NCBI GenBank assembly: GCA_965644295.1
Contig: CBFFRP010000284.1
Coordinates: 1-64,000 of the forward strand
Origin: Paraphysomonas bandaiensis
Lineage: Eukaryota; Protista; Chrysophyceae
Length of the DNA stretch: 64,000 bases
Direction: 5' to 3'
The notes under the pieces are model-generated. The model saw only the letters and a program-made list of their open reading frames with translations, searched no databases and was not told the DNA's origin. Each line of letters opens with the position of its first letter. Within the stretch, counting starts at the first letter, position 1. Below, in pieces: positions 21,168-35,344 of the stretch. The position numbers were made by a program, and so were the translations under genes.

Positions 21168-22261
21168 ATGGCTCAACAAAGAAAACTAGTTACCAATGCT
21201 GCTGCACCGGAAAAAAGTAAGAGCGGATTATCTGGTATTTTCAAGAGTCGTAGACTCTCAGTTCATGAAAAAGGGACTAATAGAGGTACTCCTAGTTCTT
21301 TTGTAGCGGGAAAAGAGGGATTGGATGGAAATATGGCCATTGATTTGAATGATAACAGTGGAAGAAGATCTTCCAGCTCTTCATCACTACATTCGAGCCA
21401 GAGAAGTATGTTTGGATTGTGGAAGCGGTCTAAAATGGCTGATGATGGAATGGAAAAATCTAATCTTCGTCAAAACTCTATGTCCCCTAGAATTATTGAT
21501 ACACTAGATGTGAGAATGGAGGACGCGCTGTTGACTACACTTGATATTCCAAGTTACAGTGGTACTGGGACAGTAGCAGACCTGCGGAGATCACCGGCTT
21601 ACGCAGTTGCTTTAAAGGCTAATGAAGATGCTCTTTGCGCTACCGCAAATATTCTTGGGGACGACCACCCAGATGTCATATCCAGGAAACTTAGCACAGC
21701 AGACATATATAAAGGGTTGGGTATGTTTTCTTTTTCTGTGTTACTGCGGTGATGTCATATGTACTGACAGGCATGATGCGGGAAGCAGTAGACCTCTTGC
21801 AAGAAGTAATCGACAGTCAGAAACGCTCGAAGGGACTGAGCACTGACGAATTAGCGCGCACCCTGAATGACCTAGCGCTCATATATGGTGCCATAAACCG
21901 GCATCAGGAGGCTGAGGCCCTTTTCCAAGAAGTTGTCGCGATGCTCAGCAAAGCACATGATGGAGTACATCCTGATATCGCTGTGGCTCTGGGCAACATG
22001 GCGGTTATGATGCGGAAATCGTATCAGTACTCTCGTGCTATCTCAGTACATGAAAGGGCCGTCAAAGTGATGGGCGCAATAATGGGCAAAGACACGTCCG
22101 AGACTGCTTATCAGCGTGCCTTATTTGGTGTTACCCTCCTTCACGCTGGTGAAAAGGAAAGGGGGCAAGTCATGCTTACTGACGCCATTTCCCAGTTGAT
22201 AAAGTTAGGATATAAAAGTGACCACCAGTGGGTGAAAGTACTTCGGGCGGAGTTGACCTGA
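21168..22261 (+). CDS. TPR-repeat protein (kinesin-light-chain-type TPRs), two exons
   Basis: LGDDHPDV, LARTLNDLALIY, HPDIAVALGNMA; intron about 21721-21770. Confidence 0.8.
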
Positions 22262-22941
22262 TATTTGCTCTTATTCGAGCGTGTATATAGAGTATGAAAT
22301 GTTACATATTGTCACAACACGTATTTGGTAAGATGTAAATTTGGGTGTCTTTTTGAGGCTGTGATGCCATTGGTCAGTTATAAACTGGGCAGATGGTTGT
22401 AAGATGATTATATGCACAGTTAATAAACAAGTATTAACTTTTTTAGCTGTCGATTTGCTCAGATGAGAGAGAATATGTGCCAATCGAAACTCAAAACATT
22501 TTATTTTTGAATTAGTACGTTGTGTACAAAAGGAGTACCAGAGCAGTCACTACAGCTGATAACAAACACTCACGTTATATTTTGCACAAAATTATGCATT
22601 TCCAAAAAATTCATGAACGTTAACTCAAGGGTAGAGTGGAACACAATGTAGAGTTACCGTAACCTGCAACACAAATGAACCACACTATAGTATCTACACA
22701 TGATAAATAATTACACATATAGCACTCTATAATATGTACCTTATAAAATGGCATTCTATAGAATCACAATAAACAACACCCACGACACGACTGAGAGTGA
22801 CACCACAACAAACATCACTCGTCTTTGAGAGAACCGTTGGCACACTGCATCGATAATATAACTTACACACCCATTGGTAAACTAATATTGAACAAAGTAT
22901 AAAGACAAAACATGAAGCGATATTGAATTCCATAAAATGAA

Positions 22942-22957
22942 GGTGTTGAAAAACACC
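22942..22957 (-). terminator. Histone 3' stem-loop (H3)
   Basis: GGTGTT-TTTC-AACACC on the minus strand. Confidence 0.85.
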
Positions 22958-22993
22958 TATTCTTTTGATTTTTTATAAAAGGAAACCGAATGC

Positions 22994-23413
<420 letters not shown>

Positions 23414-23667
23414 TTATTTGAATTGTTAATTGGAAGTGTTTTCTTTCTAAAAGGAAACGAAACTTTGGTGTGTGATGTCGGTTCAAGATACGATCGCATC
23501 TCGGCGCCATCCTCACCCCCATATTTCAGTTTCTGTAGATGCAACTTTTTTCTTACTTTCATTTTATTGCAACTGTTCAAGATACGGCGAATGGTGATTT
23601 AAATGGAATTGTTTGTCGAATTTGGAAATATCCTCATTGCACAAATTCTTTCAACAGTAATAAATAG

Positions 23668-23988
<321 letters not shown>

Positions 23989-24022
23989 ATATTCAACAAC
24001 ATTTGACTGCATTACAAAAATA

Positions 24023-24038
24023 GGTGTTTTTAAACACC
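24023..24038 (+). terminator. Histone 3' stem-loop (H4)
   Basis: GGTGTT-TTTA-AACACC; 6-bp stem, 4-nt loop. Confidence 0.85.
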
Positions 24039-25219
24039 ACTTATACATGGATTCTATATCACTCAATGATAGTGCTTGTAACTGCACAATTTTGATGAGA
24101 GTATGCCGCGGTATTAGACCTTCTGGTTTGAGTATTTAGTAGGTGTGGGTGTGTGTTATTTTTGTCATTAGGATATATATGTAGCAGCAACATCTTTCCT
24201 TGCTTTATGTTTTCTATCCTCTTAAGCGTTATTATCTTCAATAGGTCTTCTAATTCTTCGGTGCTATCATCATTTCATTTTGTACGTACTTAACCTTCGT
24301 CGGTTATAGTTATTGTTTTGCTGTATTGGGCTTGCAGAAGCCTATTTGATTCTATTGCTACTTGTTACTGCAAAGTTTACTAATACGGGAACTAGATGGG
24401 TACGTAATCGAATAACGGCCTTGATACGTACTTCAACTAGTATAGTGATCATCCACAATGAAATTGTGTGCTATAGTAGTGTTGACAATTTAGGAATAAC
24501 ACGATGTCAGAGAATATGGTGTTTAAGAAACTGATATTCGAAGAATCTGTAAATATGTAGAGTCATAGAATACAATGAATGGTAAAGAGTACAATTCTTA
24601 TATTAATAAGATATTATCTTATATCGTCACTATGTCCCTATACCTTGTCCCTAGTCATATTTACTACTAATTCCACACCATGGTTACTGCCCGTATACGT
24701 TTATACGAAAACATAACAAGTAGATATTATTGCTACATCTAATAGCATCTGGCCTTAAACTTGGTGATATTAAGATTGCTATGTGTATCAGCCGCTGTTA
24801 TTACAAAGTATTAAAAACCTATAAACTTTACAAATAACAACGACAAGTAAATTAGAAAGAACGGATATCAAGCATATCAGAGATATTATTGTGCACTATG
24901 TGTTGTTCTTCACTCGCTAGGGATTCTATGGGATCAACTGGACTAAAAGTAATCAGTTTAGTACGTACAAAAGAAATAGAAGAGCTATTGAAGACTCATT
25001 ATCACCCTATAGCTACTTCAAGATAATAACGCTTAAGAGGATAGAAAACATAAAGCAAGGAAAGATGTTGCTGCTACATATATATCCTAATGACAAAAAT
25101 AACACACACCCACACCTACTAAATACTCAAACCAGAAGGTCTAATACCGCGGCATACTCTCATCAAAATTGTGCAGTTACAAGCACTATCATTGAGTGAT
25201 ATAGAATCCATGTATAAGT

Positions 25220-25235
25220 GGTGTTTAAAAACACC
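25220..25235 (-). terminator. Histone 3' stem-loop (H4 copy 2)
   Basis: Mirror of 24023-24038. Confidence 0.85.
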
Positions 25236-25269
25236 TATTTTTGTAATGCAGTCAAATGTTGTTGAATAT

Positions 25270-25590
<321 letters not shown>

Positions 25591-25844
25591 CTATTTATTA
25601 CTGTTGAAAGAATTTGTGCAATGAGGATATTTCCAAATTCGACAAACAATTCCATTTAAATCACCATTCGCCGTATCTTGAACAGTTGCAATAAAATGAA
25701 AGTAAGAAAAAAGTTGCATCTACAGAAACTGAAATATGGGGGTGAGGATGGCGCCGAGATGCGATCGTATCTTGAACCGACATCACACACCAAAGTTTCG
25801 TTTCCTTTTAGAAAGAAAACACTTCCAATTAACAATTCAAATAA

Positions 25845-26264
<420 letters not shown>

Positions 26265-26300
26265 GCATTCGGTTTCCTTTTATAAAAAATCAAAAGAATA

Positions 26301-26316
26301 GGTGTTTTTCAACACC
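26301..26316 (+). terminator. Histone 3' stem-loop (H3 copy 2)
   Basis: GGTGTT-TTTC-AACACC. Confidence 0.85.
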
Positions 26317-28106
26317 TTCATTTTATGGAATTGACACAATATCGTTTCATGTTTTGTCTTTATACTTTGTTCAATATTAGTTTACCAATGGGTGTGTAAG
26401 TTATATTATCGATGCAGTGTGCCAACGGTTCTCTCAAAGACGAGTGATGTTTGTTGTGGTGTCACTCTCAGTCGTGTCGTGGGTGTTGTTTATTGTGATT
26501 CTATAGAATGCCTTTTTATAAGGTACATATTATAGAGTGCTATATGTGTAATTATTTATCATGCGTAAAATTTTATTGAAACTATAGTGTGGTTCATTTG
26601 TGTTACAGATTTACGGTAACTCTACATTGTGTTCTACTCTACCCTTGGGTTAACGTTCATGAGTTTTTGGAAGTGACTTACTTTTATTCAGAATTTGGGA
26701 GACAGTTTTAGTGCTGATTGTTGAACCGTAGCTGTTGTGACTCCTTCATACTATCTACTGAAATTATCCTTACGGGCTAGGGTTTATGTCTCTTAAGTAT
26801 CCCATATCATTATATAGCAGTAAGCAGCACTTTCTACGGGCACGACATTACAGGGGCACACACCTGTTTAGAAAAGCTGAATGGCTGTACTATGCGTAAT
26901 GCTACACCAATATGATGCTGTTTCTGATAGCTCATTGACATTACTATCTTACTTAATAGTTATTGCTGAGTGAGTGTTGTAATAGTGACGATGTTGCCAC
27001 GTATATATCAGAGGATGAGTATGGTAAAAATTGCGATTGTTGCTAAAGCATTATGTAATTTGTGTTTGGCAGCGTAGTGGATAAGGTGTATTAAAGTGAG
27101 CTTATGGCTAGTACTAAAAATGGAACATATGCATGTATTTAGCTGCTGATTATTGACATTATTATACACATTACAATAGTATTGTTGGGCCAGTTAGAGA
27201 AGTATTGCAACATTGGATATCGTAAGCTAATTTACCACTACTGTTGAATACCCTGCTCCCTGGCCCTGATATTGACAATGTTGTTTACTGCATTTTATAT
27301 CGGGTGAGAAACAGCGGTATTAAGGAAAAGGAGTAATGTTATGAAGCTATAACTTAGGGAAAAGTACAGGAGTTATTAGATACACAACAAGTAGATATGG
27401 CAGTTAAGCACGAAATGACTGTCAGAGGCAACACAGCAATGACGTGATATGATTGACAGTAATTCTATACTATATTTCCCATAAGAATATTTCGACTAGA
27501 CAGAATACATTAGAAGTATACTGATCAACTATTATCGATGAAATCGCAGAATGTATATGACAGTAGCTGCTTTTAATTCAATTTCGGTTCAAGAATATCA
27601 AAATTCATCTATATATTTAATAGAATTTGAGCTGAGATTGAGAATAATATTAAATGAAACTCATACATAGCGTAGCTTGATTAATGAAGCAATCTCAGCT
27701 ATTTCATGTAACAATTGAATCACTGTAGTGGTTCATGTGGATATGGATCACACTCCTCTATATGATTGCTGTGGACATGTACAGCAGTATGATGGACATA
27801 GGACACAGCCGTAGTATATGTATTGTATATAGAGTATGTGGTATGTATGTATGTATGTACGAAGTACTCTGCTGGTGTATGTGTGTACAGATATACCCAT
27901 ATATAGAGCAGTACATGTATGTATCATACACAAGATGTTCGAGAAAACCCAGTAGCCAATCAAATCACCTCATGAGCTATGATCGTTTAATATACATATA
28001 CATACACACACATATATATATATATATAATCTTGACCTTCTTACACACTGTATGTACAATCACATTCACATCACACTGAACGTTCAGTAAAATAAGTAAA
28101 TTTATC

Positions 28107-28427
28107 ATGAGTATCTGGCAACGTCGTTGTTTATATATTATTTTATTAGTCTTATCTCTGATTATGACTGTTGAGAGCAAACGTCGTAAGAGGAGAGGTG
28201 CACGTGCTTCCACTCGTGGCCCAAGACATTCTATGACTCAATTCGTATATGTTGTGCTGTTTTTCATAGGCTTAGTCGTTGTCCCATTGGTTATAACATT
28301 CATCTACAAAGTAGCTAATGATCCCGCCATCCCCGGCATCATTAAACACATGTGGGCCAATTTCAAAGAAAATGGGTTCGGCTATCTTGGTAACGACAGA
28401 AAGAAGAAGAGTCGTAAAGTAAAATGA
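28107..28427 (+). CDS. Small membrane protein (signal peptide + TM helix)
   Basis: Two hydrophobic segments flanking a basic patch; lysine-rich tail. Confidence 0.65.
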   Translation: MSIWQRRCLYIILLVLSLIMTVESKRRKRRGARASTRGPRHSMTQFVYVVLFFIGLVVVPLVITFIYKVANDPAIPGIIKHMWANFKENGFGYLGNDRKKKSRKVK

Positions 28428-29165
28428 AACATTTTGTTGTTATTTACGTATATTGTGTAATTTAATTGGAGTTACAAGGAGTATGTATTAAAGTTTATAG
28501 TAATCAATCTAGTAAATAATTAAGAGTTTTTTCTGGACTGGTAGATATATCTAACTATGTAAGGGTTCAAAATAATGTTAATATAACTTCTGATGTGTAC
28601 TCGCTGCATGTATATCATTACTTTTACTCATACACAGTACACACCAAGAGCCTGTGTATTGTAGTCGATCAGGCCCACAGCCAAATTACGATAGCTACGA
28701 GATGAATTCCTTGGCTTCATAAGCTTTAAATGAAATTTATACCCATGTATTCGAAGTTGATGAACGTGTGGGCGGGTAAGTAATCTCTAGACGACAGGAT
28801 ATTCTTAATACGTACAGGCATAATTATATTATATTGTAGTATAGTAGAAAGCATTATTGAAAACAAGATAAAGGTGCAATAAGAAAAACGCTTATTTTAC
28901 ATGTTATATATATTTTGAAAAATAAATTACCCACTCGTATTCACTTCCTGCATATTGAATAATTAATGCGTAGATCATTCAGCCCAGCCGATACTAAATT
29001 GACATTTAATACAATATATTTACATGATGTGGAATGTATAGCTCGTGAAACAAGTTGGAATCACGAACTATATAAATTATAAGTTGATATCGATAGAACG
29101 ATTTCACTTCGTATGCTGCATTTTCATGTTTATGCAACCAGATCATAGCGCATCACAAATAATGC

Positions 29166-31279
29166 TTATGTTCGTTTTGTTCTCAACATAATCGCATGCT
29201 GTTCCCGCCTCAATGCACCAATCAGAGACCTTCCTATTACATCTTGCCTGCGGTTCGAATCCGCTTCTTCTACCCACGCAGCTCCTTCCTCCTCCTGCCG
29301 CGCTTGTCGAATTTCACCAGCGAATAAAGCGGATATTGACGTCGCATTCATTGCCAACAAGTCAGCCCCAGTAACATTAGGAGGGAGTGCGAGCTGAGAA
29401 AATCTTCCCCCCTCGACAGCAGCAAGCCAAACACTTAAGTGTTCATTCGTCCAGGTTTCAACTGGTGACTGCAACAGAGCAGCACCATTAATGAGCACAG
29501 GTACAGTAGTTGTACCCGATATTTCCTGCAGCGAAACATCCATCATTGTTACATGCTCCAGAGTATTTATGGTATGTTCAATATCCGTTGGAGTCGGAGA
29601 GACTGTGGCAAGTATACATGTGTGATGATCTGCTCCCATAACAAAGCATTCCCTCAAAATTCGAGTTAACAGTGATGCTCGGTACGGAGCTTTCGTAAAA
29701 CGACTTCCAACAGTGATAACACTCTGTTTCTTTCTGTTTCGACTATTATGTACAGGAGCTATTGCTCCCTTGGGTAAAATCTCATTGTATTTATTGGAGG
29801 TCGATTCAGATACGGTACTCGTTGGCTTTGTTATTGTACATTTGCCTGTTAAAGTTCCAACTGAGACCTGTAAAAGCAAGCACTTGTTCACAATAATGTA
29901 TGTACAAGGTTATATGTAACCCACTTTTCCTGTTCTTTCATAGTTGTATGCTCGAAAGCAATCCTTCAAAGCCATTAAGCTGGAGTTGATGACAGCGCTC
30001 TCTCGGTGTTCGGCTGCAGTCATACTAACTGTCTCATAATTCCTTTCCGATCCCGCTAAGTCCACTAAACGAAGTTTTGAACTCATTTCACAGAAACCTT
30101 CAGACCCACATGACTTGAATGGGTGCACATAGATTGTGCACACAGCATGCGACCGCGAAGAAATCGGGTTTCGCTCAGTAACTTTACTGATTTAACCACC
30201 ACGTCAGTGCTTTAATAAACATGGTAGTTAAAAACGTACCTAGATCTTAACGATAGAGCACCGCGGAGGATAGACATAAAGACCGAGCTTTCTAGGTTTG
30301 GTACCTCAGCAACTTTGCACCCACGAACGTGGACAGTGCTATTTTCGTCAGCACGAATATGGACCACTTGTCTGCTATTCAGGAGGTCATAACACTTCGT
30401 TCCGTGAAGCTCATAAAACGTAATAGCAACATCTTTCCCAGAGAGTTGATTGGAAATATACTCTAGAGCTCCCAGCAATGAGTGCGTCTTGCCTGAGAAA
30501 ACATTAACCTAATAATACAGCACATACACCAAAACCTGTTCCAGTTTGTCCATAGAATAGCATAGTAGCATCTCTGCCGTCTTCAACTCGTTGCAATAAA
30601 GGCGCAACAGTGTGGTGACAGACTTCAATATTAGCAGCCTGTGCCCCAAAACACCTACTAACGAAGTAGTTCCGATGAGTCATTGTCAGTTGTCGTCCAT
30701 TTCTTGCAAGGCGACCATCATGCACCACAACAGCATTATGCAAAGTGTCGGTGTTGACAACATCATACGTTCGAGATGACATTTCTACATCCAACAGAGG
30801 GCGCTTCCGTACAAATATTCGAAAAGGACAACTTGATTCAAAGTTGTCTTTCATTGACCGGAGATAGCTGTGATATTCATTCGACACAGTTGTTGTTACT
30901 AGTGGTCCGTATCCGTGAAAAGCATATTCAACAATAATTCTTATCACTTCATGATTTAATTTAAATACTCTGAAAGATAAGATTACACATCATACATACA
31001 TGTTACTTATATCGGATCAACCTGCTATTAGAATCACTAAGAAGTTTAATCAATTCCACAATAATATCATATTGTCTTATCACTGATGTCAGTTCATCAC
31101 GATATCGAAGATTAGCCTCACTATTAATCATATATAACAATAATATATATAAGTATCAGATTACTATACCGATGAGAGTAATGAGCTCGTCCATCACTAA
31201 TAGCACCTTTCCATTTTGCATCTTGTATTAATTTCCTCTGATTTCTTATATCTTCTCCTAATTCAAACTGTGTATTCAT
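29166..31279 (-). CDS. Kinesin motor protein (kinesin-13-like) with C-terminal SAM-like domain, multi-exon
   Basis: VRKRPL, YGQTGTG|KT, SSRSHAV, LVDLAGSER, INSSLMALKDC, PYRASLLTRIL; ATG at 31279 reconstructed through introns. Confidence 0.88.
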
Positions 31280-31764
31280 TATATATGATAATGTTAGTAT
31301 GTTATAGTATGGGACTGATATATGAAGATGTTATATGGATCATCTTATAAGAAGCATCCCCATAGCATCCTATGTCGACATTCTCATATATTTACTAGAG
31401 ATTTCATGTATGTATGTATCTATTGAATACGTCGTTCTGTACCATATTCTCCATTATTTAAAATACAGTCTATTGAAAATGTATGTTTTCATTTAAAAAC
31501 CCTTATTTTCTATAACATAAACTGAGGATATATAATCACTTCTACCTATAAATCGGTTGAATATGAACCTAAGAATTCCAAAACTGCCAACGGCAACATA
31601 CATACATACATACTTACATCTCTACATACATATACATATATATGACCCTGTGAGAACAGTTTACTACTCCATTATCCCTCAATGGCTCATTTAAACTGAC
31701 TCATCTCAGTACTCTCTCTTCCCTGTATCCCTTATTAATGACCAGTGTATAGTATAGTTAGAGT

Positions 31765-34559
31765 ATGATGCTCATTAAGGGTATGATAAACTGGTATCAT
31801 CAACTACCTATGGAGAGACGATTACTCGAACGTCGTCTTACACGAGCATTTATAATCATATTATTATTAATGGTTATGATAGCTCAGCTGGCAACATATG
31901 AGAAAGGAGAGTCAGGGTCACCTACTCTCGTTAACTGGTCTGCAGGAGCTCTACAATTTCAATTCGCTCTTGCTATAATGATATTAATAGCTCAAGCATC
32001 GAGTGAATGTGTATTTTCTACAGTAAATGTTCTCATTTGTCTTGACCTTTTAATGGTGGAAGTTTTAATTGGGTTAATGACATTAGACATGCAGGGTGCG
32101 TTTATTTTGCGAATAGTTGGTTACATAATGGCATCTAGCCTGGAACTAATATCATCAACGGGCTACAAAGAATGGACACTTTTTGGACTATTTGTATCTC
32201 TTGGTGTCGAGCTGGTATCATGGCTTACGTTGATTCCCATTCAACAGCACGGTTTGAAGACATCCCAGACCTATTCTACCGTGAGTGTGCTCTACTCGCT
32301 GATATCTCTTGGTCTAGGATCAGTAGTGTGGGTATATATGAGTTATGTTCCAAGTCTTTCCAGCAAGCGTACACAGCAAAAGAGTGATGCAGAAAATGTT
32401 TACCGCGTGTTTCGATATGACGACGCTGTGTACGCACTTTCTCCCGAGGAAAATGACACTGAAATTCTCCCTCAAAGCCCAGCACTCAGCGGCGGGCGAT
32501 CTTACTACAGTGTAGATCAGGAGGACTGGGAAGTTGCATCTTTGCGATTGGGGGACCCTTCCCACTCCATTGTCAATCGGATTATGATTGGTCTTCATGC
32601 TGCAGTTACTCTTATTGCTTTCCTTGTTGGCCAGCGAGTATTTGGGGACCTCACTGAGTCCATTCTATTCGGCGTTGTGGTAAATCCAGCGTTTTCGTTG
32701 TGGCAGGTACCTCTAAGCCTTGTGGGGAAGTTTTTCTGACGTTGTGGTTGAGTATAGGTGTGCAAGGTGTTTATGACGACTACTACTGGTCGTAAAATTA
32801 CAGAATTGAAACACCAGCGCAACCTTCTCAAAGCTCACAAGGACACACTCAAGACCCTTAACACTTTATCGACTGAGCTTAAGTGGCCGGCTAGCACTAT
32901 TCGTGGTATCGTTATTCCTATGGAGGCTGGCGCTGTGAGTGTAAAATAAGGTGTATCTATTGCTATGACAATGTTATACTGTATGCATAGGCTACCCCAA
33001 TGGAAAGAACTATGCGTGCGCTATTATGGGCGGGACACACAGCACGCATGCTGGAGGTAGTATTGCATTGATGAATAGAAATAGCAATAGTATAAATGTG
33101 ATTCTCACTTTCAGGTCGCGACAGAGGTCGCTCTAAATAGCTTGTCTAAAGTACCACGACGGCTATTCTTGCGCCATGTCATTGTCACTTTCGGTACATG
33201 TCTTAATTGTCAGAGCCTTTCCGCCGTGAAGGTTCTATATTTTTCCTTTTGTCAGCTGATCGTAATTGTTTTCGAAGGATATGCATACGCTGGTAACAGT
33301 GGCCATAGATAATTCTACACAGGATGATGGTGAGGGGACGGCTGATGTGCGGCATCTGGGCAATGCTTCTAACAAAATCAATGTAAGTCCTTGTTCCTTC
33401 CTTCATGTGATCACATGACGTATTTGCAAAGCATCATGCGTCCGGAATAGCAGTGGTTGCGAACCATGACACACTACTTTATGGATTTCTTGGCCTGCAT
33501 AGCTTGATCGTGAAGCTTGCAGACCCTCATCAAGAAATAAAGTTTGGCATATCAATTGCCGTGGATTCGAATAGCGGGACTGTGAGTACACTTCCTGCGC
33601 TTCTTATATGTGCATTGTATGACGGGCAGTATATAGGCCCGCGTGAGTGTTACGGTCTCTCATTGGGGAGAGGTTCCTATGTGGTCCGACGGCGGCCTTA
33701 TTACGGCAGCACGAAGAGAGCGCCCTGCGGCTACTGCCGCTCAATTGGACCGCGATTCAGATGCTCTCCAAGTACGTATTTCGACGTTTTCTTGTGGTTC
33801 TAAGATTTACCTAGACTCTGGTGGAGAGTATCCGGGATCGCCTAGATGCTACAATTGCCTCAAGGTCTAACGGACGACTTTGCTCCACTTCTCTTAAGTT
33901 TTCACTTCCTTTGGGGAATAGAGAAGTAGAGGGCATGTGGAAGCCAAGGTAGATGACGAGTAACTATTACGAACTCTTTGTTAATCAATTCTAGGTCTAT
34001 GAAATCTCCTTGGGTTTTGATTATCGACGATTCGAAAGTCTGTAGGAAAATAGTTCGGGCAAACATTTTGCGCATGCTCCCCATGGCGCAGGTGTGATTC
34101 CTTAGATATATGTGTTTCTGCGTTAGTCAGTTCTGTAGGTCGAGGAGTGTGCAACTTCTAAAGCAGCCATGACAGCAGTGGCCCGCTGTGGGTCCGAGCA
34201 GTTTGATTATATTCTTGTTGATTACGTAATCAGTTCCAACGAGAGGTGTATTGGTGGTGCGTGAATTTTTGTACAATTTAATTTAGAAATGTTTATGCCA
34301 CAATGCAGGCGGCGTGCAACTTTGTGCCAAGATTCGGCAATTTACAAAGCATGCGACCATTATTGGTAAGAGTCATGTGGTCGAGTTAATGTGTACTAGT
34401 TTAACCCCGATGTTATGTCCAGGTATTACTGGAGACAACTATGGAGTAGCACTTTCAGATTTTCTCTTAAATGGAGCCGACCTGGCTTATTTGAAGCCGG
34501 TATCATCGGTTATGTTAAGTGAAGTATTTAGTTACCACTTACGTGGCGAATATGAGTAA
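31765..34559 (+). CDS. Multi-TM hybrid histidine-kinase-like / response-regulator protein, multi-exon
   Basis: TM-rich exon 1; HisKA-like LSTELKWP; receiver VLIIDDS...ILVDY...ITGD...GADLAYLKP. Confidence 0.7.
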
Positions 34560-35039
34560 ATACTATACGTTTATATATATTTCCATTTCCTCCATGCGTA
34601 CGTTATTTCGAATAATGAAAGTATTATAAAGCGTGAAAGTACAATTTACAATATTATATTATCCTATTGTGGTATAGTAGTGACTGTAAATTAATGGTAC
34701 ATTAATGCAGCGAATGAAATAGGTGATGTGTCATGGTAGTCTTTCTTGAAAGTAAGTTGTGTGCAACAATGCAAGGTTAAGATTTATGTGTAGAGTAAGA
34801 CTGACATCAGTGCAATATCCAAGTCTAACAGTAGACAGAAATTGACTCCTCTGCAATTTCAGTCAGAGAATATCTCTCCCGTAAAAAATTGTTTCGAATC
34901 TTTTAAAGAGAGTGAATGCTAATCACTGACTGAATTCTATAAATTTGCTGTCAAATAAGTGAATAAAATAAACGTACCGGGCCGGTTTGATCGCGTTGTG
35001 AATGTCTCATTGTTAGCAATAGGCGTTTAACAGTCAGCT

Positions 35040-35185
35040 ATCAGTGCTTAACTCTGATATCCCACTATTTAACGCTACGAAAACTGCATGTGCGTCACCG
35101 CACACTTTCGCTCTATCACACAAAGTAAAAGCGCGTTGAGCAAGGAGAACGTTGATATACCTGACATCTGTTAACTTCGGGATTT
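35040..35185 (-). repeat. Dispersed repeat, copy A
   Basis: Reverse complement resembles 42075-42244; core ATCAGAGTTAAGCACTG also at 11988-12023. Confidence 0.75.
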
Positions 35186-35212
35186 TTGAGTTTTTACCGG
35201 TGAACTGGCCAG

Positions 35213-35344
35213 CAGGGCCTGGTAACCATTAATGACCCATTAATGGTAGTCCAGTTCCCGGCAATTATAATGGCATTAATGAAAAAAGTCCCGGCAATTA
35301 TAATGGCCATTAATGCCATTACCATTAATGGTTACCAGGCCCTG
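35213..35344. mobile_element. 132-bp hAT-type MITE
   Basis: 22-bp TIR CAGGGCCTGGTAACCATTAATG; 8-bp TSD CTGGCCAG at 35205-35212 and 35345-35352; internal CATTAATG repeats. Confidence 0.93.
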
